From a virus, in the IMG/VR virus record IMGVR_UViG_3300030329_006476, positions 1-64,000 of that record: a DNA stretch of 64,000 bases; one strand, 5' to 3'. Position numbers and translations under genes: made by a program. Within the stretch, counting starts at the first letter, position 1. Each line of letters starts with the position of its first letter. The notes under the pieces are model-generated. The model was not told the DNA's origin, did no database searches, and worked only from the letters and a program-made list of their open reading frames with translations. Below are positions 47,348-57,729 of the stretch, piece by piece.

Positions 47348-47823
47348 TGTTTGTCCTCTTTTCTCTCTGTGCGTATTATGTGATGCACTTCTTCCTCAAA
47401 TTCTTCAGTACAATACCATTCTACATGCGTAACCCCCTTGAGGGTATCGCAGTCATCGTCAAAAAAGGATTTAGTTATTCCAAGTGGAGGACTCCATGCC
47501 GTTCTAAAACAATACTCTACATGAGTGTCGGATTCATTGACAATTTCTGCATCCTGAGAGTTCCATTTAGTACCCCAATTATTTAAACTCCATACATACC
47601 AATTATTAGGCTTGCCTTCTTTGATAACAAGGTCGCCATCGACCATCTCCATGTCATCGCTATTTACTCCACCCTTCGCTTGAAACTTCTTTGAGTTTTT
47701 GGGCATAGGTATAATTTTATTAAAATCAAAGACATTATCTTTGGATTTAAATTTCTTTTTAAGCTCGGAAATTTTTTCCTTAGAAGCTTCAATTCTAAAT
47801 GTATTAGTAACCCAGTTAGGCAT
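47344..47823 (-). CDS. DUF1281 / YubB ferredoxin-like protein
   Basis: MPNW.TN, FDFNKIIPMP, WY.W...NWGTKW, F.TAWSPP. Confidence 0.8.
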   Translation of the reverse strand: MPNWVTNTFRIEASKEKISELKKKFKSKDNVFDFNKIIPMPKNSKKFQAKGGVNSDDMEMVDGDLVIKEGKPNNWYVWSLNNWGTKWNSQDAEIVNESDTHVEYCFRTAWSPPLGITKSFFDDDCDTLKGVTHVEWYCTEEFEEEVHHIIRTERKEDKQ

Positions 47824-48329
47824 TTTTTCTCTCCTTTTATTTATTATTGCGGATAATTATGATGATGTCTTAGCTCGTCTACTTTGTCAATCACTAAATC
47901 AAAATTATTGCAGGTGCATTCTTGGGAATCGTCTGAATCCGCAGGACACACATGGAAATCTGCGTCACGCAAATCCCTTATTTGTTGCATTATTTGTTCT
48001 AAATAAGATTCAAAATCAGTCATTGTCTTTAACTTTCTTTAATATTACTGCCCATGCTTTCTCAAGCTCTTGTAGCGCTTCCTCGTTGTCTCTGCCCACA
48101 CAATCCTCTGCATACCCCTCAAGGGCAATGTGGATAGTATCTAATGCTGATTCAATATTCATTTCTCGTACATATAAACATAGGATTCATCTAAGCCAAC
48201 AGACCTACAATACTTCACGCATTCTTTTTCTGTTTTGAATTTTAATATTTTATTGTTGTCATCCAAGAGATATTCATTTCCGTTTATACTCACTCCATTT
48301 ATTGGTCTGGCTATTACATATTTCATTAT

Positions 48330-48677
48330 TTATGCCTCGTACATAAAAATAGGTTTATTTGGGTCATCCATTGGCTCAAATGTCCCTGCAATATTGTAAT
48401 CAAAATGGTCTACGGCATCTTCCCAAGTTGCTCCATCGCACTCCATAATCGTAGAAATTAGCTCTTCGTAAGAATAAATTGCCCTGCCACACAATGAGTA
48501 ACCATGAATTGCATTGTCGTACATTTCTCTCGGCTCAAGTAGCATGGCATCGGGATTATATTCAGCTAGTGACTCGGTAAGCCATTCTAGGCGCTCTTTG
48601 CGCTTTACCCTAAGTTCGGCAATAATATCTTGCTCTTCGTTTTGATTCTCTATATCTTTTTCGCTCATGTGACTCAT
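48330..48677 (-). CDS. Acidic conserved phage protein
   Basis: D.AI.G...RAIYS...EDAVDHFDYNI.G. Confidence 0.7.
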   Translation of the reverse strand: MSHMSEKDIENQNEEQDIIAELRVKRKERLEWLTESLAEYNPDAMLLEPREMYDNAIHGYSLCGRAIYSYEELISTIMECDGATWEDAVDHFDYNIAGTFEPMDDPNKPIFMYEA

Positions 48678-49154
48678 GTGGCAGTTTCCTCTTGGTGAAT
48701 TTCCTTTAATTTGTTATATTCTTCTTCTCCAATCATGAACTTGGCTACATCATGGTCAATGGAGGGAAGTTCTCCATCCACGAAACCGTCTGTATCGTGA
48801 ATTGAAGCAATGAACCTATCATCCTCAACGACATAAGTCAAGGTAAATCTTATTCCTCTTTCGGAATTTTCTACGATGCTCTCAGAATAGTCTATGTATT
48901 TGCCGTGAGGGTCTGTATGATAATAGCCAAGCAGTTTCATTTTAATTCCTCGCAACTTAATGTTGTTCTATCTCCATGCGTATGCCTAGTATGATATTTA
49001 GATAAATCTTTTTTGTCTTCTGGAATTGGATAAAAGAGTCTATCGCATCCATATTCAGCCAACAACTCTTCCACAAGATTTTCTGCTTGGTTAGCATCTT
49101 TAGCTTCAACATCAATGTATCCGCTGAGTTCTTCCCATATTCCTACTCTATATT

Positions 49155-49637
49155 TCATGTTATATCTCCTAGTACCTTTAAAGGATTATCGAGGGTTTGG
49201 GAAATGTGGGAGTCTATTTCCTCCTCAAGACGACGAAGGCATTTTTTAGCTACATTACAGTTATTTAAGGGGGGCAAGTGTTCTTTTATTAAGTCTACCT
49301 CAAGCGAGCGGATTTCTGCAAGGGGATGCTCGCTAAAATAAATTTTATCAAAAACCTTATCCTTCTTATGGAGAGCTTTCCTTGAATGAAAATTTGTATC
49401 CGTATTAGCCTTTCCGATATACTCTATGCTCATATAATGATTATCAATTATTTTTACCAAAAAATAAACTATACCTAGAAGTGGCGACATGGGGTGTACG
49501 CCATATTCCTTTAACTCACCTTCTTCAGGCTTGCCCAAAAGCAGAAAATTCGTAAAGCGGGGGATGTAACGGCTTCGTTTAAGTGACAACGCCCGACTCA
49601 ACATTTCTTGTCTGAACTCTTCTACATATTTTTTCAT
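49155..49637 (-). CDS. GIY-YIG nuclease-like protein
   Basis: GIVYFL...YIGKA...R...H...LE..LI....PPLN. Confidence 0.65.
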   Translation of the reverse strand: MKKYVEEFRQEMLSRALSLKRSRYIPRFTNFLLLGKPEEGELKEYGVHPMSPLLGIVYFLVKIIDNHYMSIEYIGKANTDTNFHSRKALHKKDKVFDKIYFSEHPLAEIRSLEVDLIKEHLPPLNNCNVAKKCLRRLEEEIDSHISQTLDNPLKVLGDIT

Positions 49638-51093
49638 TATTGCTCCTTGTCTGACTCGACGGTTATTATTGATACTTCAGCATTTTCCTTCCAAGCTGTA
49701 CTGGTTTCTGCATCGGCGTCCAATACTTTATAGGCGAACCTTTCCGCTTGCTTCTTGCTAACGGCATTAACTTCATAAACTCGGTAGGTAGTGGACTTAA
49801 ATTCTACGGCATATTTTTTCATGTTAATTCTTCTATAAAATCTAAAACCTTCTTGTATTTCTTATGCACCAACCTTAACTTAACTTCCTTGGCTTTGTCA
49901 AGGTTTTTCGTCTTGTAATAAACGCATTGAGAAGAGGGGAGGTCGGGAGTCATTAATATTTGATAATATTTGTGACCATTCTTCATCCCGTAACTGGAAT
50001 AAGGAATCACCTCTTTCTTCTGGTTAGGAAGAAGTAACGCATAACTGCCTCCCTTTAATTTATTCCAACCAACCTCTAGTTCGCTCATCGTCCCCCCACT
50101 ATGACAGAAGAACGAAAAACTGTCAAGGACTTTTTTCCCCTCCCCAAAATTTTTCTTCAGCATCGCTAATGTAATCGCACAACCATAGCCCAAAATCCCT
50201 TAAATCATAGATGAAGCGCTTTGGGTCTTCTTCGTGCAACCAAAAGTCACCTTGGCGCATGAATATTTCCATGCGAGAGGCAATCTCCTCCAGTTGGGGT
50301 ACGGTCATATTGCCAAGGCAATTATCGACCAAATATTTTATTTCAGAAATTAAAAGATCAAGTTCGGGCGAATCCCATTCCCTCTCCTCTTCATTCCACA
50401 TGGGGGCGAGGAGAATGCTTCTGGGGGGTTATTATAGCCTCCACAAAATCCTGCAAATAAATATTTAATTCCTTCTCCAATGCAGTAGCAATCATTTCTT
50501 GAGCCGCTTTTGACTGAAGGTTTATTTGGCAGGATTCACCTGCATCATTACACCCAAATCTTCCTAAAACTTCAAGAATTATCTCTTTCATCGGCGTTGA
50601 TTATAGCATTTATTTGATCGGAAGTCAAGGGATTTTTCATATATTCATCGTAAGAGGATTGTGCAACTTCGGGATGTTCCGTTGCCTCAAACTTACGGCG
50701 CAACGCATTAGCTTGATCTTTAGTCATGCCAATGCGCTCGGTATAGTTTTCAAAAAGATTAAACTTGCCCTGCACCCATAAGTCCCATTCAGCTTGCGTA
50801 AAGAACCCCTGAAAAACTTCGGAAAATAAAGAGTCGTCAGCCATGCTTAAGAAGCACCATGCAAGGTGATAGGCGCAAAGGGAGAAACATTCCATTCAAG
50901 CAATTTGTCCATACCTTTAACATCCTGCCATAAATCATCCACTTGAATAAAGGTAGGCTCAAACTCCGACAAGCGCACGGACGGCTCACATTGTCCCTTC
51001 AAAACTTTCTCTTTTGCTTCTTTGGAGGTTTCCGCAATAACTTCATAATTGGAGGCATGTATTTCCTTGGCGGTAACAATATATTTCTTCATG

Positions 51094-51465
51094 TCACGGA
51101 GTGCTTGTTTCGATTAATTCACCTGTTTTTAAATCATAAAGGAAAAGGTCGTTATGGGACATGCCGTACTCATGTAGATAGCTCCGTGCGTCACGCAAAG
51201 AACGGGTATTGTAAAGCAGGTCGTCTCTGGCATCGTTTTTATGCCTAATTTCATAACGGTAATTTACAATGCGTACCTTGTAGTCATGCCCACTATCCAT
51301 GCTGTTGCGCTCGGCATAATCGAGCGCTTCTTGCTCGGTATTAAAGATAGGCTTGATTTCAGGCATGTCCCAAGAAGGATCATACGCTTGAAAATATACG
51401 CCCTTTTGAGGCGCAAGATTACAACCTAACGCAAACAACGGAAAAACTAAAGATATATATTTCAT
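51094..51465 (-). CDS. Putative lipoprotein with internal repeat
   Basis: MKYISLVFPLFALGC lipobox; FNTEQEALDYA / YNTRSLRDARSY repeat. Confidence 0.6.
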   Translation of the reverse strand: MKYISLVFPLFALGCNLAPQKGVYFQAYDPSWDMPEIKPIFNTEQEALDYAERNSMDSGHDYKVRIVNYRYEIRHKNDARDDLLYNTRSLRDARSYLHEYGMSHNDLFLYDLKTGELIETSTP

Positions 51466-51649
51466 TATAAATGGTGTCGGAATCCTATGCGAGCCAATTC
51501 CCGAAACTCAGCCTCTGTTTGTTTGATATAAAAAAGCATGGGGCGCAAAATCTCCTCAACCCAATAAGCGGAGGAATCATCTGGGAGGTTTGAGAGTTCA
51601 GCTATTTGAGCCTGTATCTTAACTTTTAATTTTTCTCTTTCTTTAGTAG

Positions 51650-51910
51650 TCATTTTGCCCCCAAGTTAGCGTTGAGTTCTTTTTGGCGCAAATACTCTAT
51701 CTTGCCATTGGTGAGGGCATGAAGATAATCTACATAGCGTATATTTAGGGAGCGCGCCCTCGCTCTGAGGAACTCCTCATCATAGCGCTCCAGAGGCACG
51801 GGACATTTGCTCGGGTCAATCACGGGATAATTGTGAAGAGTGTCGGCGCTTTTGTTCGGAGAAGCGCAGGATGAAAGGAGAAGTGCTAATGCGGTAAATA
51901 GTTTTTTCAT
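51650..51910 (-). CDS. Putative lipoprotein
   Basis: MKKLFTALALLLSSC lipobox. Confidence 0.65.
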   Translation of the reverse strand: MKKLFTALALLLSSCASPNKSADTLHNYPVIDPSKCPVPLERYDEEFLRARARSLNIRYVDYLHALTNGKIEYLRQKELNANLGAK

Positions 51911-53910
51911 CTTATATTAATTATAGCAAAATTTATTAAAATTTCTACAGCGAGTCAGCAACCGCAGTTACCTTTGTCGAACTCCCACAAGAACCAATAA
52001 AATTCCTCAAAGTTGTCACGGTTATACATCTTTCCAAAAATCAAATCCCTCCAGTTCAGGCTCCATTTCCTTCCCCAGAGGGAATAATTTAACAGACAAC
52101 CTGTCATCACGGTTGGAGATGAATAAAGACTGTCCATCAATCCTCAACCAAGCGCTTTTGCCTGTCAAGACAAAATCTTCTCCACCGTGAGAGCCATCGT
52201 TATTACCTATGGAATCATGGTTTACATCGGGCTGTATGTTCATTGTGCTATTCTGCATAATCATATTCTCCTGTTTCGGCATTAAAGGTATTTTCCAAAG
52301 TCACCTCAATATCATTAACCCTCGCCTTATGCGCAAGCCTTGAGAGGACTTGTTGGCGCAAATCATCGGGATTAGTTCCGACTTCGGCATCAACGGCAAT
52401 TATGCTGTCAACCCTGAAGTCAAAGGTAATCATCTGAGGCTGAGTCTTTTTTTCCATAATGTCCACGATTGCTTGTCGGTCATCATTCAACCACAATTCA
52501 ACAATCTTGTCAATGTTTTTATCGTCTGGATTGATATTATAAGACTCTCCCTTGTGATATATCGTTCCAAAGATATAATTCTCAAAAAATTGCAAGTCAT
52601 TATCTTCGGCAAACTTCTTTGCCAGAGATAAAAAGCTATTCTCCCTAGCCTCGTCTTCAAGATACCTCCAACCTTCCTGCCAACCCTCATGGAGAGAAAT
52701 AGAAAATTCAAACATACCCTTAAGTACCAAGTCTCTCGCCCAAACATGGTCATCGCCATGCTGAATTAATTCAACGGGATGCCCCATCTTTACATACTCC
52801 CTAAGAGGACACTCCGTAAAAAAGATTTTATTAAATTCTTTATGAAGTTCTTCCGTAGACCTAGTGGTCTTGCTAGTCCTTCTAAATGTATAACCTTTGC
52901 CTTCTCCGCTCATTTTTATTTTAATTAAGAATTAAGCTCCCTTGACCCATTCCTTTGACCTCCAAGCTTCTTCAAGATAGGCATCTCTGTAATCCTTGTC
53001 GCTAATTTCTAGCAACTCCCCAAGAATCGTCGTTCCACCTCCTTCTCGCAAAAGCTGTCTAGCTTCTTCTTCGGTGTCGGCATCTATCTCGTAGACACAA
53101 GTAGCAGGAACACTAAATATATAAGTATTCTTTTTGCTCAAATCCAACCTATCATTATAATTGCTTTTCATCTTTTTACCAATCTTTCATTGTTCGTTAT
53201 GACACTTAATCTCGCCACCTTTATAGGCAAACAAGGACTGAAAATGGTCGGTATTAATTCTAAAGAATTCTTCTTTGTCTAACTCAACTGCATAAGCAGA
53301 GCAATGCCACTCTAAAGACTCACCATCATATTCTTCGCCAAAATTTGCTTCATGCACATTAAAGTCGATTCTCTCATTAAAAGAAAACCAAGCATCGTAA
53401 GGGTCTACATCCTCCATTTGAATGTCGGGGTTATCTTCCACCGTTTTAATATGAGCCAACGCCTCTTCTATAATTTTAGATTTGGTTGCATCATCTAAAT
53501 GAAGCATTTTACTGCCCCTTAATTCCCTGTAGGGAAGGGGCGCAGGAGCAGATTTATGGTAGTCTGCCACAACTTGCTCGTATGTAGGATAATCGTCGCC
53601 TATAATTTCTTTATTCATTATTCAATGCCCCAATCTTTTCTATATTTAGCTCTTTCCTCGTCGGTGAGCTTCTCCCACCAATTCTCGTCAAAGTTTTCTG
53701 CAATAGTGTCCTTCCCGAAGCTCTCGACAGACCTACCTTCAGGCATCATGGACTGAATTACCTCCAACACTTTCTTGCCTACGCTGTCGTGTACTGCGCC
53801 CTTCTCGTCTCCAAAATTATAAGTCCACATATCTTTATCGCTACCATACCCAAACTGGATTTCGATGTAGCAATCGTCTATAAGGTCGGCTCTATCTGTT
53901 ACTGGACACT

Positions 53911-54531
53911 TCATTGCGTTCTTTCAAAGGATGATTTTTGCCAATCGGAAGGCGAGTCCTTCCCCATGCTGTCGTACTTCACAATATAGGTTTCTATCGG
54001 AGAGTCAAGAAAAATATCTTCTATAATGGCTTTTATTATTTTCCAGTTGCCTCCTGCAAGTCCGCAAGAAATGCCGTAAGGCAAGCCCAAGACTTGAGGT
54101 TGACCTGTTCCTTCCTGAATAGAGATTAAATCTTCTTGCATGGCTTTCAATGCTCGCCAAAAATATTCATAATTGACTTCTCTTTTCTTGGTGGAATATC
54201 CCGATTGGGTGTATAGATTGTAAATGGTAACCTGAGCTAATCTGCCATGAGTTAAAGGGGCAAATTTGGTTTTTATTACTGCTTTAGAGTAGTCCCCTAT
54301 TCGTACTTTCCAGTTCCCCCCTTCATTGTATTCGTTATTGTAACACTCCCTATCCGCTTTAAAAGCTTGGGGGTAGCGCTCCTTTATTTGCTTTGCAATA
54401 CCTGCGCCCATAACATTTTGACAATTGCAGGAGTGGGCAATAACATTGATTCCTAGATATTTGTCGGAGTCAGTTTTGCAGTAGGATGGGAAATCTAGCA
54501 GATTACCGCTGATAATGTGTATGCCGTTCAT
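53911..54531 (-). CDS. Macro-domain (ADP-ribose-processing) protein
   Basis: GNLL, IAHSCNC...MGAGIAKQIK, IYNLYTQ, LPYGISCGLAGG.W. Confidence 0.85.
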   Translation of the reverse strand: MNGIHIISGNLLDFPSYCKTDSDKYLGINVIAHSCNCQNVMGAGIAKQIKERYPQAFKADRECYNNEYNEGGNWKVRIGDYSKAVIKTKFAPLTHGRLAQVTIYNLYTQSGYSTKKREVNYEYFWRALKAMQEDLISIQEGTGQPQVLGLPYGISCGLAGGNWKIIKAIIEDIFLDSPIETYIVKYDSMGKDSPSDWQKSSFERTQ

Positions 54532-54547
54532 GGATACCCACTCTATA

Positions 54548-54745
54548 TTAAGAGGAATTCTCTGTCAAGCTTTTTTTATAATCAAGGTAGAATCCTATGG
54601 CTACGACTATATTCAAGCCACAAGAAGCTAAAATCTCATGAATGTCCTCGTAGATATTCATAGATAGATGCACATGACCTATCATCCAGAACGGGATAGC
54701 GAGGTTTTGGCTAATCCAAATCAGAGTGAAGCGCACCAACCTCAT
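54548..54745 (-). CDS. Small membrane protein
   Basis: Two hydrophobic segments. Confidence 0.6.
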   Translation of the reverse strand: MRLVRFTLIWISQNLAIPFWMIGHVHLSMNIYEDIHEILASCGLNIVVAIGFYLDYKKSLTENSS

Positions 54746-55032
54746 GGACGCAAGCGCTCGGCAATATCAACAATAAAATCGTCACGATTAATTTCAACAC
54801 CCAAAATCTCCGAAGCCTTAAGAATCTGCTCGGCGGTAAGCAACGCAAAGTCAGAAACTAGAGATTGGTCGGTTATAAATGAACACCTATATCTATCGTC
54901 TTCGTAAGAAGCAGAGAAAGCAGATAAAATACTGTCAATCTCCTTCTTGAGTGCATCTGACCGCAGAGTGGGGGCGGTAGTAAAGTGTTCTTCCATAAAT
55001 TGTCGGAAATATTCACAAGTTAATTCTTTCAT
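54742..55032 (-). CDS. Hypothetical protein
   Basis: GGAG RBS. Confidence 0.6.
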   Translation of the reverse strand: MKELTCEYFRQFMEEHFTTAPTLRSDALKKEIDSILSAFSASYEDDRYRCSFITDQSLVSDFALLTAEQILKASEILGVEINRDDFIVDIAERLRP

Positions 55033-55048
55033 ATGATCTCCAAGCTAT

Positions 55049-55474
55049 TTACATTACAATACTCCATTCTTCCGCTTTGTCAAGCCAATCTTTATATTTC
55101 TCCTTTCCCCCTCTAGCAGACCAATCGGAGTCAATAGTGAGCTTGGAAGAGATGCCTCCCCTCGGATTGAAGACCATGACCAAGCGCAACCTGTCTGGCT
55201 CATATGCCTCCATGAGATGGTCGTAAAAAATATTTATTAATCTTTCATAGGAAACCACTATATCTCTTAAATGAAAAACATATTGCTTGAGGCTTTTTAA
55301 TTCTATTATTTTTCCTTTGGGGTAAAAACTTATATAAGCATTCGCAAAGTCAGGCTGTTCCCTGACTCCAAGAAAGGTAAATTCAGGTATCTTGACCTTT
55401 ATTTCGTATGCACCTTTGCTCGGGTTGGGTAAAGATTTTAGGATGCCTTTATTTATTTGGTCGTATTTTTTCAT
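55049..55474 (-). CDS. queF: QueF-like T-fold protein (preQ0 reductase family) lacking the catalytic Cys
   Basis: PEFT...QPDFA, ELKSLKQY, SYE, FNPRGGI. Confidence 0.8.
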   Translation of the reverse strand: MKKYDQINKGILKSLPNPSKGAYEIKVKIPEFTFLGVREQPDFANAYISFYPKGKIIELKSLKQYVFHLRDIVVSYERLINIFYDHLMEAYEPDRLRLVMVFNPRGGISSKLTIDSDWSARGGKEKYKDWLDKAEEWSIVM

Positions 55475-55632
55475 CAGAGGAGAATGCTGAGAATAAACCC
55501 GCAGGTTTTCAAAAACTTAAGCTCAGGCAAACGAACGAAAGTAAAAAAGCGTTGGCAATATTTCCTCGAAAGGAATCTTCCTCTATAAAGGGCATATTTG
55601 GCTGTAATGTATTTCATAAGTCTTTTATTACA

Positions 55633-55905
55633 CTACCAACTATTAAAGGTTATGTTTTCTCTATTATTTAAATGCTCTTTAATTTCTTTTAATATTTGCC
55701 TTAGAATATCTTTCTGGGCAAGTATCTTGAGTCTGCCCTCTGACCTTGGGCATTTCTCGTATTGTTTATCAAGGTTCTTAATCATATCCTCTATTATCGA
55801 ACGATCAAATCTCCCCTTATAAGACCAACCTAGGTCGAAGCCTCGTTGCAGACCTTTTTGGTGAGCTTCCTCGAACTCGTTATTTATTCCATTATCCCAC
55901 ATCAC
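55633..55905 (-). CDS. Hypothetical protein
   Basis: ORF track. Confidence 0.6.
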   Translation of the reverse strand: MMWDNGINNEFEEAHQKGLQRGFDLGWSYKGRFDRSIIEDMIKNLDKQYEKCPRSEGRLKILAQKDILRQILKEIKEHLNNRENITFNSW

Positions 55906-56035
55906 AGACCCCTCAATAAACGAGGGTCAACATAATAACCCCCAGAAGAAACGCTCTCGGTCTCATCCCACAAAGGGTCAAGGAAATTTTCCACATACAA
56001 ATCCCAAATACTTTTGCCGTAGGTATCCGTATTCA

Positions 56036-56320
56036 TTATCCTCCCTCCTCCACGCATTGCCATCCTTCTTCATAAGCCCCTTCAGGGGGCGCAGGATAGG
56101 ATTCCTTGTCCTTTAAGTCAAAACCCTCGGGAACATACATCCAATGCGTCACATCGCCCGTAAGCCATCCATTCGCGCCTCCAAAGACATGACCAGTTTC
56201 AGGGCAGTAATCCACCTCAATCCCATCGTATTTTCCTGCATGAACACCCACGCCATCAAAAAAATAAAAAAGTAGCCTCTCTTTCTCAGGCACTTCGTCC
56301 TCTATATTAATCCACTTCAT
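56036..56320 (-). CDS. DUF551-like protein
   Basis: MKWINIEDEVP...VTHWMYVPE. Confidence 0.75.
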   Translation of the reverse strand: MKWINIEDEVPEKERLLFYFFDGVGVHAGKYDGIEVDYCPETGHVFGGANGWLTGDVTHWMYVPEGFDLKDKESYPAPPEGAYEEGWQCVEEGG

Positions 56321-56576
56321 TTATAAATTTATTTAAAGTTCCTTTTTCTATATATAATTCATCCTCTAGCATAGGTATGATTGTTTCACCTATTTCTATA
56401 TCATGATCCGCGCTCAAGGAATCAAGTAATGAAACTATACCTTTTCCTGTATTTTCCCTGCCTTCTGTACCACTAAGAAACAAGTTGTCGGCAGTTACAA
56501 GCATAAGGTCGTCAAGTTTAATGATGATTGCAGATACTGCATCTTCGGTTCCTCTTATTCCTAGTTTAATTTTCAT
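56307..56576 (-). CDS. Hypothetical protein
   Basis: ORF track. Confidence 0.55.
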   Translation of the reverse strand: MKIKLGIRGTEDAVSAIIIKLDDLMLVTADNLFLSGTEGRENTGKGIVSLLDSLSADHDIEIGETIIPMLEDELYIEKGTLNKFINEVD

Positions 56577-56809
56577 GTCGATATTTCGCTATTTTGTAAA
56601 CATGTATTTATGATCTGTCGATGAGATAAACATAAGCCTTGATTACAACATAGATACCAACGAATGTCAAGACAAATTTCCAGAAACCCATCTCTAAAAC
56701 ACCTTCACTCCAAAACATTTCGGTAAAAGTCTTTACAAGGTCGCCCATCTATCTCCAAAGGATCACAACAATAGCCACTGCTATCATCAACACCCAACCC
56801 CATGATATT

Positions 56810-57184
56810 TTATCTTCCATTATTTGAAAAAAGTTTAAACACACTTACAAGCGCCAATACCCCTGCGCATCCTGCACCTATGTCATCTAAATTAAAGTGT
56901 CTATTAGGGAAGATGGCTTGAGAGCCTTCCTCAACCAACAAAAGAGACATGACCCAAAAAGCTATGCGATTAGGACAAAAACGATGCCTACAGATATGAC
57001 ACATCATAAAGGCTATGGCGCCAGCACCCCAAAAATGAAGCATCTTGTCTCCCCCTGCATAAACCTCAATAGTTGTAGCTATACCCCCACCAATATTAAA
57101 AGTTTTAAAGATGGATAGACAACCAAGAAAAAAAACAAAAAGAACAAAAGCTATTTTTATTAAAATATCAACAGATTTCTCCAT
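56810..57184 (-). CDS. VanZ-like membrane protein
   Basis: GDKMLHF...EE.SQ...P.R.F.LDD. Confidence 0.7.
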   Translation of the reverse strand: MEKSVDILIKIAFVLFVFFLGCLSIFKTFNIGGGIATTIEVYAGGDKMLHFWGAGAIAFMMCHICRHRFCPNRIAFWVMSLLLVEEGSQAIFPNRHFNLDDIGAGCAGVLALVSVFKLFSNNGR

Positions 57185-57260
57185 TTACCTATTCCAGAAA
57201 TTCTTAATTATTTCAAATGTAAAAACTATAACCACAAAAGCGGCTATATAAAAAAAAGGG

Positions 57261-57488
57261 TCAGTCGTCATTTTTTATCTCCATCAACTCTTTTATCCAT
57301 TTTTTGGCATCTTCTAATTCATCAAAGATTTTACCCCAATTCTTTTTGTGTGGCTTGTTGACGGCATGAAGTAATTCAACCGCCAGTTCGTTTAGTTCTT
57401 CAGCGCACTTTAAAAAAATATGTTTTTCTTCGTCACTTAGTTTCATCTTGCTTGGGGAGGGAGGATAGCATGGCTCGGTAGTTTTCAA
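57261..57488 (-). CDS. Short MazG-like (all-alpha NTP-PPase) protein
   Basis: KCAEELNEL...DELED. Confidence 0.5.
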   Translation of the reverse strand: MKTTEPCYPPSPSKMKLSDEEKHIFLKCAEELNELAVELLHAVNKPHKKNWGKIFDELEDAKKWIKELMEIKNDD

Positions 57489-57714
57489 CGGTTATAGCTA
57501 CCTGTAGTTCTTTGGTGAGACATTTGTCGCACTCCTTGAGATATTCTTCGCCATGATGGATTATTTGTTTAGCAGTAGCAATATAGGTTTTATTTAATAC
57601 TCTTACTTTCTCGGGAAAATACTCCGTAGGATGCTTGAGTAGGTCTCTTTTGATTAAGGTAGCGCGTTGAATGCCCTCTTCGTAAGCGTTGTAATGATGA
57701 GATAAAGTGTCCAT
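57433..57714 (-). CDS. Hypothetical protein
   Basis: GTGTA motif upstream. Confidence 0.6.
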   Translation of the reverse strand: MDTLSHHYNAYEEGIQRATLIKRDLLKHPTEYFPEKVRVLNKTYIATAKQIIHHGEEYLKECDKCLTKELQVAITVENYRAMLSSLPKQDETK

Positions 57715-57729
57715 GAAGCAATTTACACT

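Larger units (their letters stand above)
49637..53914 (-). other. Cluster of small minus-strand hypothetical genes
   Basis: ORFs 49637-49822, 49819-50088, 50123-50401, 50391-50591, 50572-50895, 50847-51092, 51465-51653, 52022-52282, 52248-52913, 52932-53171, 53187-53618, 53618-53914. Confidence 0.65.
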
